Source: Macrostomum lignano
Taxonomy: Eukaryota
Assembly: GCA_002269645.1 (NCBI GenBank)
Contig: NIVC01000905.1
Coordinates: 310,001-374,000 of the forward strand
Reading direction: 5' to 3'
Length of the DNA stretch: 64,000 bases
Shown here: positions 25,901 through 42,400 of the stretch, in pieces
How the letters are laid out: every line of letters begins with the position of its first letter
Numbering within the stretch: the stretch's first letter is position 1
Notes under the pieces: model-generated
What the model was told of the DNA's origin: nothing
The model's database searches: none
What the model saw: only the letters and a program-made list of their open reading frames with translations
Program-made: the position numbers and the translations under genes

Positions 25901-26965
25901 TAGTTTCAGAAAAAGCAAAATTGTCTTATAGAATTGGAATGAGCGACATGAGAAATAAGAAATGAACGACAAAAACTGAATTACCTGGATGGTATGATGG
26001 TACACGTATGGCTTGCTGAAGACCGGTATGCAGAAGCTTGATGGTGTTCGATTGAATAGGTCTGGATCGATTTGAGCTTTTTGTGCTCCTTTTTTCCCGA
26101 ACTGTCAGAAGTTTTTGCATCCATAGACCTGCACAGGAAAAGGTGTTGGCAGTTATACGCTCGTAGTTATCTGTAGGTTCAAAAGACTCAGCCAGGATTT
26201 AGTTTCGTGTGGGGGTACAATAAAAATTTTGTTTAATGATGTTGCAAATAAAGCCATAACACAAAATGAATGTACAACAAAACTTTTTGGCATGATTGGA
26301 AGGGGGCAGGGCCCTGGCTGCGCTATTTAAACATTTCAAGAATTGTGAAAATGTGAAAAATGGCGCTAATTTAAAAAATGTCGCAAGTAGCGAGTAAAAG
26401 TACAGTACTGTTGACAGTTTTAAAACACACATTAGGATTGGTTTTCCTTCTGGCAGAAAGGAAAGAAAGGACAGAAAAAATTTAAGAAAAGTCAAAATAC
26501 GAGTACCTTCAATAGGAAAGAAGTGGATTGATAAGATCAGTATCATGCATTGCCTCTAATTGAGATACCGAATAGCAGTATGTAGCACTGTAGCTACCGG
26601 CAATAAAATCAAATCACTTACACATTCGCACATGCTTTGCAATTTGACTTCTGACAGCACTGGTTTGCCATTCGATCTTATACGATGGATGATAAAAAAT
26701 TTCAAGCTTCTTAAGACAGATTCTTAACAATATGCTAGCATCTTTCGCTGTGTCTTGACACATATACGAGCGTATATTCCTTAACCAGGAGCCTGTACCT
26801 TGTTCAATTTTTGAGTCCAGCATCATTTTCAGATTTAAACATGGGTCGTTCAAAATCGTAGCAATAATTTTTAGAAATTTTGGCACACAATTTATAATAT
26901 ACAAATGAGACAGGCAGTCATTATGCATGATCGAACATCCTTTCGGGTTACTTACTTTTTGAGGT

Positions 26966-27680
26966 ACTACGAATAGCAGCGCGATCTCACAAGGCTCTGC
27001 GACGAGGGTGCCCGTGTTGGGCTGCTGGTGAACGCTCGCAAGACGGAGGCGCTGCACGTGGGCACAAATACCGCCCCAACTCTCACGCTGCCCAATGGAG
27101 ACCGTATCGCGGTGTGCGAGGACTTCTGGTACCTCGGCGCCCTGGTGATGAGCCCCGATGCGATTGTCTCCGACAGGAGGAACCAGGCCTGGCGTGCCGC
27201 GCACCTCCTCAGGAACGCCTTCAATCCAGCTGCCAGAGACGACCTGAAGATGCGCCTGTTCCGCGCGGCCGTAGAGCCGATCCTGCTGTACGGCATGGAG
27301 GCTGTGCCGCTGACCGAAACGCGAGAGCGAGCCTTGGACGCGCTTTACCGATCGCTGCTACCGGCCCCGCCTCCACAAATATCGCCACCGCATCGGACTG
27401 GAGCTATCTGCGACCTGCCCAGAATGCGGCAAAGCCGAGGAGGATCTCGAACACCTCATAATGCCCGACACACGCAGACATCCGGGCGGACGTCCTCAGA
27501 CCAAACCCCGCATGCTCCATCGCAGACGACGGCCCCCGCATGCTCCATCGCAGACGACGGCCCCCGCATGCTCCATCGCAGACGACGGCCCCCGCATGCT
27601 CCATCGCAGACGACGGCCCCCGCATGCTCCACTTCCGCTTCCTGGTGAAGATAATGGCCACAGTCTTATCGGGTGCTGAT
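26966..27680 (+). mobile_element. RTE-like non-LTR retrotransposon 3' fragment with a 28-bp tandem duplication (27511-27625)
   Basis: MNARKTE..VG...DFWYLG...AWRA...KMRLFRAAVEPILLYGMEA..LT is RT thumb/post-RT sequence of RTE-type elements. Confidence 0.8.
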
Positions 27681-27901
27681 AGTTAGGCCATGCCGGGTGG
27701 CCTAGGTTTGCGCCTTATCGGCGAACTGCTGCATCAGGTTCCGGAGAGTGCTTGTGTTGGGGCCACTGACAATAGCTGCAACATCATCAGCGTAACCAGC
27801 AAAATCGGCTTTTTACGATGCTGCTGGGGACGTCAGCCGTCAGGAGTTCGTCTATCACGAGGTTCCAGAGCAGTGGGGTGAGTAACCCGCCTTAGGTGAA
27901 A

Positions 27902-27943
27902 CAAGGACTACTTAAGAACTTAAGTGTTCTTAAGTAGTCCTTG
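27902..27943. mobile_element. 42-bp palindromic insertion with 8-bp target-site duplication
   Basis: 18-bp perfect stem CAAGGACTACTTAAGAAC / GTTCTTAAGTAGTCCTTG, flanked by AGGTGAAA at 27894-27901 and 27944-27951. Confidence 0.6.
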
Positions 27944-29397
27944 AGGTGAAATCCAAGAGGGTAGAGGTCACCGTTTTGTTTCGGATCATGAACGAGTCTA
28001 TTCATCGTACAATACTGGGTCTGACCTTTTTCTATAAAAGGGAATCTCTGAAGGAGCCAAACTCTCGTTTCGAGTTAACAGAAAAGCCTAAGTCACTGAC
28101 ACCCCAGAACAGCTTCTGATTGGCGACCTGGCCCAGAAGTGCGCCCAGTGACGCAGCTTTCTAGAAATCATGACAGCGTATTTTGTTGCTGTTGTTGTTG
28201 TTATTGTTGTTGTTGACACAAGCAACAGATACAAACCGCAGAATACAACAGCGTTTGTAACAGCAGTGAGTGTCTCTCTTGGGGTCACTAAAATGAGTTG
28301 ATGGTACGTTTGTCAGTTACAACACAGTGGCGATGGGTCTTTAAAAAGGCACTTGTCTGCGATTCGGGCAAAACCACTCAAAAGAATTTTTTAAGTCTTA
28401 ATAGCACTCGCTCAAGGTTTTTGTCTCTTCTCAGCCCTCTTCTCTCCTCTCCTCTCCTCTCCCCTTTTTCGGTTTCGATTCCTCCTCTCGTCTCCTCTCT
28501 TCTCTCTTCTTCTTTATTCTCTCACCTGTCTCATATCTCTCTTCCCTCTTCTCTATCCCTTCTACTCCTCCCCCTTCTCTGACCCCCTGATCTATGGTAA
28601 TTAAATAATTAGAGTTGAACTTCTTCGTTTCCTTTGCAAGCTTGTTTTCAAGCTTCACGAAAGACTATGAGAGAGACGGCATTATCGCTGGGAAATACAA
28701 ACACGATGAATTTTAACCTGGTTTTTCCTTATCTAAAAATAAAGCAGACGCCGCCTCTAAAAATATTGGACACAATGAAGAAAGTGTTGTTTCCTGTGAG
28801 TACAATGTGAGTGTAATAGTTTGGCTCTTCTTTCAGCTTGTGCTCAATTGCATTTCCATAAGCGCGTATTACGCCCAGCTCGTTTTTGGAGAGCAAATAC
28901 TCCACGAGTAATTTGTACACAATGATGCGAATTAGCATTTTTTACTGCTGTATTATTAGCTACTTGGTTATAAATCGCTAACTACACTACTGCTCGATGT
29001 TTTAGTAGAGTAACAAGGACATTAAAGTCGTTGAAGACAATATTTTTGAAACAAATTCTAACTTTATTGCGATATAAGAAAGAGCAAATCAAAGCAAAAC
29101 ATATTCTTACCTGTAAGCTACAAAATTTTTGTTGTGAACCTCTCATTGGTGCATTTTAAGATTAATGTACTGTAGTACCCGTTACAAACGTTATAATAGG
29201 GTTTATGTATTTATTTACGTAAAGTTCTAGAAAAGATGTGTTTTCATCAAAATATTTTCATTTGTTATTTTAAAGTCCCACCACATTGTACCGTAGACTT
29301 CAATAGCAAAGTAGGTTTTTCTTCAAGAATAAGAGTACTTTGAAAAATCCAACATTATTTTTCGGAAATGTTATTAAACAGTTAATCTCATCATCCA

Positions 29398-29804
29398 TCA
29401 AAGGCTGTATTTGACCCAGTTGGCTCCAGTCTCGATCCACTGCTCCACCTGAGCATCCGTGAACAGCAGCAGACGGCACTTGTTCGTCTTGGTGTTGTAC
29501 AACACGCGCCTCGCGCTTCGATCAGCAGTCGCGGCCATTATGCACTGCGCCAGGGTGTCCACCGGGACATCCTTGAAGCAGTACTTGCCGCTCGGGTTGT
29601 AGCTGGTCCGCCTAAACTCAGTCTGCTTCCATTTGGCCTTGCAGAAATCCACCGCTGGTGACGCCTCCGGGTCCACGTACTCGCAGACGAATCCGCGCAA
29701 GTTCGAGCAGTCATTATCAATGAATTTCACTGTGTACGAGGAGCTGGCGATGCAGTCTTGGTTGCCAACGCTGCTAGGCATGCCAGTGTACCACAGAAGA
29801 TTGG
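29398..29804 (-). CDS. Terminal exon of a C-type lectin-like protein followed by a PAN/apple-like module
   Basis: Acceptor CTAAG| at 29805. Translation NLLWYTGMPSSVGNQDCIA...IDNDCSNLRGFVCE matches the CTLD W..G.P...(E)DC...D..C....F.CE pattern, followed by VDTLAQCI...YNTKTNKCRLL. Upstream exons not identified. Confidence 0.6.
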
Positions 29805-30136
29805 CTTAGAAGTATCTCTACTTCGTGTCTTACGGGACTCTTATAGTGTCATATATGACTCAAACAATCAATATACCGCAAGCCTGTCACAGGAATGTTT
29901 TGTTAAGTTAAAAGAACTTTTGAAACCGAAAAAATCTGCAGCAAATTATTTTTAGTTTTTATGGTGAAGTATTGTTCTAGGCAATTCGAACGTACGCTCG
30001 TAGCTAGTGACTCACCAGGTACAACCGTGTTTTGACCCTAGAAAAACAGTAGCTCTAATTGAGACGGAGATATAGAAATGAATTCGAAGTACAAGCCTGA
30101 GTTATCTCGGTTTGTTTAACTGATTAAACGATCATC

Positions 30137-30886
30137 ATGAGTCAGTGCTGTGAAGTGGAAAATTGTAAAGATTGCCAGATGGCGTAAGTGAATTTCAATT
30201 TTTCGAATTCAAACTTATTGGCTATTAGTCACATAATTAACTCGTAGCTGTTTCATTGCTGGCTGCCCCAGAATCAAATGCAATCTTTGATTTTGTGATG
30301 AAAAAACATTTTCCGTCTCCACGGTGCATTAGCCTTCAAAAATTGCACGAACTTGGAGTTTTTACGTCATGTTATACTACAGTGGGTCGGTCCTTGTCTC
30401 AGAGGGGGCATACATGAGTTGATCATTTGATTTGGCACTTTCTTAGCACAATAGTAAAAATTAATTACTTCCGATGTAGTATGGTAGAAATGATACCTCT
30501 CAGAGAATTCCTAGATAAATGATTGAAAAAGCAGTATCTGATGCTCTATGATATTGTCGTTGTTCGTTTCTAAACACTCTCTCCAGACAGCCCCTCTGCG
30601 GCAAACGACAGTGTTGTAAGCACACGGATGGGAGGTACGAAGCCAATTTGTTGCCGTGTTGGATGCGTTTAACCTTTTATCACTCTTTTTTAATATCACA
30701 ATTATTTATTTTACTATTTCACTAAGGGACTGCGAGGACCAGACGGTGTCGCAGGGCTGCGATAGAGTTGGCATTGCTCTGGCTGCTGGAGGGGTGACCT
30801 TCGTTGGAGCCGTCGTGCTCGGGTCCTCAACTTTCGGTCTTGGAGCGGCGCTGGTTGTTGCTGGATTTGTCGCTTGTGTCCGATGA
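30137..30886 (+). CDS. Small Cys-rich / glycine-rich hydrophobic protein, 3 exons (30137-30183, 30587-30634, 30727-30886), 84 aa
   Basis: Two phase-2 GT-AG introns (GC|GTAAGT...CTCCAG|A and AG|GTACGA...ACTAAG|G) give an open frame: MSQCCEVENCKDCQMAQPLCGKRQCCKHTDGRDCEDQTVSQGCDRVGIALAAGGVTFVGAVVLGSSTFGLGAALVVAGFVACVR. Confidence 0.7.
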
Positions 30887-32650
30887 AAATTGTTTTTTCT
30901 GAAGACAATAACACATTTTTAATTCAATGTGTAAGTACTTGTACGTCAGCTGTATTTTCATAACTAAAAAACTGCTAAAGATCTGCATGCTGTTTTAAAT
31001 TTCATTTCAAATTCTTTTTAACGGATTAGAATTTTTTGTTTAAATCGTTAAACCTGAATCCGTAGATTCAAAATCAGTTTCTTTTTTTATTGAAACTGCA
31101 CTATTTCAATTCAATAATGCGAGCGTAGAATTGCTTTTATTAGATATTTTAGCGACAGGAAATGTTTTTTCGTTAAATTAAATTTTACCAAAGTCGCTAT
31201 ACTCGTTATTGATTTTTGAGACTGCAAATTGACATCTTAGTCCGTACATCGTTAAACTAACATTACTTTGAGATTTCTTTGCCCTAAAGCAGCTTATTCG
31301 CTAAAATAAGCACTTCTTGTATGAACCACAGTTTGATAAATAATAATTTTGGTTAGTATTTAATAAAAAAATGACCGTAGGAACTCGTAAGGTAAATCAC
31401 GATTGAATATCGACAGCACAGAAAACTGAAGTCGACACATAAGAGCAGAAAATGTGTATTTTTCACCACACTGAAAAACAGCTTAAATGGGGGAATGTAG
31501 TATGTCCCACGTACTACTAGTAGCATAGTAGCAGTATAGCAGACTACTAAAGTAGAAGGACGCAACACTAAATCTATGGTAAATGTTTTGAAGGCCACTT
31601 TTCCAAACAATGTCACATTTGAATGGATGCACGTGGAAATGTCTTTTTTCCCCTGGGACCTTCGAAATTTATCCCCCTATAAGATAAAATAGCATTCGCG
31701 GCTTTGGCTTAACTTAATTTTTTATTTCACTTTTCTTAAGGCAACCCATTTTTTTCAACAAGGTACCAGGTATGCCTTACCATCTAAAATTATTTACGTG
31801 CCTTAAACTCCATTTATAACTCTTCGAAGGATAAATAAGATAATTAAGTGTTAATAGCAAAACGGTAGTATCCAGCAAAATATTTATCTAAAGTGGCTTT
31901 CAAAACTTTTTTTAAACGTGAGTGTCGCGTCCTGTATATACGTTGCTTTAGTTGTCCTTGGGTACTTTCTATCACAAGCTTCCTACATTGCTAATGCATT
32001 TTGCAGCGAATATTTGCTTCACGAGCTTCCCGTTAAAATGAAAACCGTGAAAAGAATAGCAAAAGATCCGCTGCAAACTACTCTCCAGTGACCCTAGCGA
32101 CTCTGGGGCGACTCTTCTGTGACTTTTTAACGACTCAAACGCGTCTAATGCGACGGAGAGGCGACTGCTGCGTCACAAGTGCGTCGCGTGAGTTAATTGT
32201 AGAATAGCAAAAGAGTCGCGAGAGAGTAGTTTGCTCAAAAATAGTTGTGTTGGCGCTTAACTTTCGTGGAGATGACTTTAGTTCATCAAGCGACGAAAAT
32301 GCGCTTCAAAACACAACTCAGTGACTCAACAGCGACTCTGGCGCGCTCGCTACTCGATACTCTACGGCCCCAGAGTCGCTATACCGTCGCGCCAATGAGT
32401 TACTTGTGTCGCCCTCAAAGTTGCAGACAATAAAACGCTGCACAGTGTCACTCTCGGGAAACTCATTGGCGACTTTTTAGCGACTTGTGCCGTGACATCT
32501 CGTCGCTTGCTTCCTACTCTACTGATGTTACCTGCAACGACTCTGGGGCGACGCAAGTGACTCTTGGACGCTTGTTGACCCAGCTACCGCTTTCATCAGG
32601 TTTATTTTGTTAAAGTACATTTTGGCATTTAATTACAGCAACCCGACAAA

Positions 32651-36938
<4,288 letters not shown>

Positions 36939-37749
36939 GCTTGAAGTTTCCTGAGGGAATAATTGACAACTAATCTGGTGACACTACAGAAGATTTGAGA
37001 GCCAACAAGATGTGCTACAGGTAAAAATCGATGGCACTTTACAGTGCAGTGATAGGGAAAGCAAAGATGGAAATAACGAACGCTCTGCTCTGAAGGCCAG
37101 TTTGGGAGGAAGTCTTGTAAATTTTAGCTCTGCATGGGAGCTATACGACAAGGAATTGAATGGGTGAGGCCGAGAAAGGGAGGGGAAGAGTTTGTTTGTT
37201 CCGCATTGGGAGGCTGGAATGCGTTTCTCTATCCCTCTCCCTCCCCAAATTGGAGCATGCGACTATTGGAGCGGGGTTTTTTTGAGCAGCCATTGAATGC
37301 CACGTGGAGGATGCAGGTGGAGGTGCAGGTGGGGCAAGTACAACGTACAGCATCGGCCCGCGCATTCACAGACCCCCTCCGCAGTAGCCCAGCTCTGCAC
37401 ATGGGAAAAACACAGGCTCATTACAGCCAGAGCTAGCTAGCTTCTACATAAAATTGGCAATGTCTTGTAGCAAGAAGGCTGCATAAACGTGTATCTTTAG
37501 CAGTATCTTACCAGTATGCGTCGCATTTTTATGTCAATCTTTTACCCAGTCATCAAAAGGGAATTTGAATGTCTCGTTAAAATTGTCCGATCATTCGTGT
37601 ACATGTACACATGTATATGCATGTATGCATTCCGACGATCGTGCTTTATGAATATCAGCCTTTATAGATTTGGAATCGAATTTTACCTCAGTTCGGTGTA
37701 CATACATGTATGCACATGTACACATGTGTATCAACAGCAACAAAAACAA

Positions 37750-38880
37750 AATACGGCGTCATAGCGCGCCTCAGGGCCAGGTCACAAACGAACGCCAAGC
37801 CGCCGGCCGAATCCGGGGCGCCGGCGTCAGTCAACAGACAGTCGACGAAACGCCGAGTGCGGGTCTGACCCACCGGAAGGATGCCTCTGCTGCGTCAGCA
37901 GTAGCACCTCCTGCACCGGCTGTGGGCAGGACGTCTCGGCGCAGATAATGTGGTCTGCCAGTTGTAGTCGCCGACGGCACAGCAATTCTCGAGTAAATAG
38001 AGTAGGGCCTCGGACTGCAGGACTGCCCTCACAGAACGAAAGGCAGCCTAGGCAAGCCCGCTGCGATCGACGCCGCAAATCCTCGCGGACGAACTGCTTA
38101 CAACGCGGGAGCTCCGTCGCCTGTCCATCAGCTCCTCGTCACAAAATCGCAGCCTCGATGTCGTCCGGCACGCAAAGCATAATGGTTTTCTGCGTGTTGA
38201 CCACCAGGCCGACACTCGCCGCAACAGCAACTAGCTTGTCATATTGTCTCTTGGCACCCTGGACATTCATCACTCCGGCGCCCTCACTGGCCACACGGTA
38301 AACGCGCAGCGCCTCAATGAGCACCTCGTCCGGACCCAGCGCGCGCTTTCCCGCCCGGTGAATGTTTGGGCGAGACGTCACAACGTCGGCTGTGCTGACT
38401 GGTGCTAGACTGATGAAACTCTCCTCTGCCGGCAACAACATCTCTGGCGGCAGAGTCAGACTGTCTGGCAGCTGGCTGGGTGGCGACGCGTTGACAATGG
38501 CGGCGAAGAACTGACGCAGCTCGTTCCTGCGCTCGTCCGCAGAGTTGCGGCCTGCCAGGTTTAGCGGAATGCGCCGCTTTCCAGTCAGAGTGTTGATGGC
38601 CGACCAGTGCAGGCCACGCGACCTCTCGCATCGGGCCGAGCGACAGAGACGGCCTGAAAGGGCGTCATCAACGGCAAAATTCTCACGCTGCAGATACTGT
38701 AGATCGACAGCCGCTAGGCCTCCTCGATCCGCGGGTTGGTCGCCTGCTCAAATGAAGCCTTCCCAGCTCTTCCCTCGCTTGCCGAATCGCGGGGTCTTCC
38801 TGCCATACCGGCTGCCTCCGCTGCAGGGCCTAGCTGTTGCTGGCTGTTGTTGGTGGCCGCTTCGAGACAGACGGTAGAGC
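37750..38880 (-). mobile_element. Degenerate, internally deleted RTE-like retrotransposon fragment
   Basis: GKRALGPDEVLIEALR (pre-RT motif) is joined almost directly to LVAVAASVGLVVNTQKT (late RT). GC-rich island in AT-rich flanks. Confidence 0.7.
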
Positions 38881-39437
38881 AGCAGTACAGAGCGGATATT
38901 TTTATGTATGTGTGTACATAATTACCTCCAGAAAGTTTAAAGCCACATATGTAACATTAATGGTACATGAAATATCTCTCGACGACCTTGACAACAAAGT
39001 TATGAAAAGCGTAAGTCACCGTAAGTCGTCATTGACTTGTATTTATCTACCTATGAAATACGCGTAAGCTTTATGAATGACAATTCATGTACGCGCATGT
39101 ATACAAATCAAAAACACACAGATGTAACGTAGAAATACGTTAATGATTATTTTTTCAATTTGTATTAGTTTTAGCATTAGTATTCGCATTATTTATGCTT
39201 TCTAAAGTAAATTAATTTGAAGAATAGTTACACAACCCACCTGTTTAAAACGATAAAGTTTTGAAAATATTTCTCATGCTTTTCGCCAAAATTAACAAGA
39301 AGCAGTGTTAATTAACGGCAACTTGATCCCTTTAATTATAAATTAAAAGTATTTATTTTCGATTCCTGTTGTGGTTTGTTTTAAGATAATAACTATGCAG
39401 ATATTCAAATGCGAAATTAGTTGTACAAAAAAAGTAG

Positions 39438-42400
39438 TTGAGGCCCCTGGTTGTTTGCCTTGCAAACGAAAGTGACAAAGCAGCTTTCTTCGGCAACCTA
39501 AAAAACCTGCGGGAAACTGGTTCTGCCTATCAAAGAGTCAGAATAGAGAACGACCTAACAGAGAAGGAACGTACGTACAAGCAGAAGGTCATCAAAGAGC
39601 TGAAAAAACGGAAAGAAGATGGTGAGAAAAACATTCGAATTGCATATAAGAAGGGAGTCCCCTTCATCAAAGCTTTTTGAACTTCATTGACTTCCGACCT
39701 TTTTGATACTAGATGTATTAATAAATCTACTGATGCTAATAGGACTAAAAAGAAGCGGATTCAGTACACTAGAGATTATCTTATCTTGATTAATAATAGT
39801 ATCACTCATAGGAACATAAAAATATCTCAAAATGCTAAATCAAAACTCTCTGAACTCAATATTAAAAAGATTAAACAAAATTTCACAATTAGCAGTTGGA
39901 ATATTACAGGACTTTATACTATAAAAGACTCAGTGATGATTCCCAAGCTTGAATTGTTAGAAGCTGAACCAATTTTTAAGCATGATATTTTCTGCCTTCA
40001 AGAAACTTGGATAATTGACACAAAAAGCAATGATAGGCTTCTCAGCACTGACAAATTGCGTGACAACTACACAATTTTCCAAAAGTCTGCAAACAAAAAA
40101 GGAAGCAGTTCTACTGGTAGGGCATCTGGCGGCCTACTGACTGCTTATAAAAAATCACTAGAAACACACTTCAATGTGACTGAGTCATTCAATAATTACA
40201 ACAATTTTTTGACATTAAACTTTAAAAACAAAAAGGACAAAAGCAAAAATTTCACTGTTATCAACTCTTACATACCACCAACATCTTCAAAATACTATGA
40301 AGAAGAGTCTTGGGAACAGTTAGCACTAATACTTGATGCACATCATTCTGAAGAAAACATAATCCTGGTGGGAGATTTTAATGCACATACTTACAATACT
40401 GATCATATAGATTTGCATAGAATAAGCACTTTAAAGGCAAAAAATATCTCACTCTATAGGCAAAGCCAAGACAAAAAAACCTGTAAAAGTGGTAGATTAT
40501 TAAACCAAATCACAAACTCATATAACTTGCATATAATCAATGGTAGATCCCTATCTGATGCAACTGGAACACTTACCTTTATCTCCAAAACTGGTTCATC
40601 TGTAATTGACCTCTGTTTTGTCTCTAGCAACTTACTTGAGCACTTTGAAGACTTTAAAGTAAGAAACCATACTTACCTTAGTGACCACAATCAAATTATA
40701 CTCTCATTATCATGTAAATTCACAGCAGAGATTACAGAAACAAAACAAGCAACCAATAACCAAAGAACAAAATTCCGGATATTAAGAAAACTAGATAAAC
40801 CCACCCCACAACAAGAAAAACATATCAATTGCTTCTCAGATGATCTAAAGGATCTGGAGAATAAAATCCCAAATCTCGACATGCAAAACCCAGCTTTCAT
40901 CCATAATTTAAGCAAGAAAGTTCAGCAAATCCAAAGTAAAATCACAGTAGAAACAAAAAACCCTCTCTGTTCAGCATTGCCACAATTTCTTAAAGACCTG
41001 AGAAATGCCACCAGGCATGCCAGCAGAAGATATAAGATGTTCCCCACAAGTAGCAACCTCGCATCCAAAATACAGCTTAAAAAAACATATGAAAAAAGCT
41101 TGATTTCTTGGAAACATGAATCAATACTGTGTGCAGAAAACATGATCAACCAGGCTTATATTCAAAATGATACAAGACAGCTTTGGCAATTACTGAAACC
41201 ACATAACCGCCCCAATAACAATGCAGCAATTGACAAAAAATTTGTCATACACTTTCAAAATCTTGTAACTGAACAAGACAGCAGCATTAGACTAGCATAC
41301 AATCTTCACCTTGACAACCCTATTCTGACTAATTTAGAGGATTTCAATGCCCCATTCACCAAAGAAGAAGTTATAAAACATATTAAAAAGCTCAAAACCG
41401 ACAAAGCACCTGGGCATGATAAAGTATATGTAGAAACACTCAAATACCTTGAAAACGAACTTACTGACCTCCTATGCTCACTTTTCAACGAAGCACTCAA
41501 ACAAGGAACCTTTCCAACTAGTTGGATTACAAATACTCTTCATCCGATTTATAAAAACAAAGGCAGCAGTGCCGACCCCAACAATTACAGAGGAATCTGC
41601 ATTCAACCAATTTTTGGCAAGCTCTTTTGCCAAATTATTAAATCCAGACTTGAAAACCTAGCATACGCTAACAATCTTATATCAAAATACCAATACGGTT
41701 TCAAGCCCAATCACAGCACAATCGACCAATGTTTTAATCTTTACAACATTATAAACCAGTCCATCTACAACAAAAATGAACTCTTTATCGGTTTTGTTGA
41801 CTATGAAAAAGCCTTCGATAGCTTAAATCAACCGACCCTTTGGCACAAAACGGATAACCAAGGTATTAAAGGTCAAATGACAGAACTTATCAAGAACATG
41901 CATAAAAATGCCTGTTTCATTCTAAAGAAAGATGATGATGATGATGAAACCCAGCCAATCCCAATATCTAAAGGTGTTCTTCAAGGTAACCCTCTCTCTA
42001 CCATCCTTTTTGAACTATATATTGACGACATTGTTGAATATCTTGAACTCTCTAGCGCTAGGCGCTCTCTTACGAGATCTGCTTTCCCACTCATCCTGCT
42101 CTTTGCGGACGATCAAGCCATTCTAGCTAAAAACAAAGATGAACTTCAAGACACATTTACAACTATGGAAAATTACTGCAAGCAAAACTACTTGAAAGTT
42201 AATGCAAGCAAAACAAAGTTTATGCAGGGCAGTACCAGACAAAAAAATGACACCGAAAGTTTTGCTACAAAAATAATCTACGACAACCAAGAAATAGAGG
42301 AAGTAAATGAATTTAAATACCTGGGAATTATTTTTGAACCAAAAAACAGCTTTAAAAAATGTATTGAACATCAAACTAAGCAGGGTTATTCAGCTATGTT

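Noticed and set aside
28080-29120. Possible additional minus-strand exons
   Set aside because: Several splice-like sites, but no consistent in-phase chain or recognisable product.
41930-41946. Poly-Asp insertion (DDDDD) in the LINE RT
   Set aside because: Simple (GAT)n slippage in a loop region; little significance.
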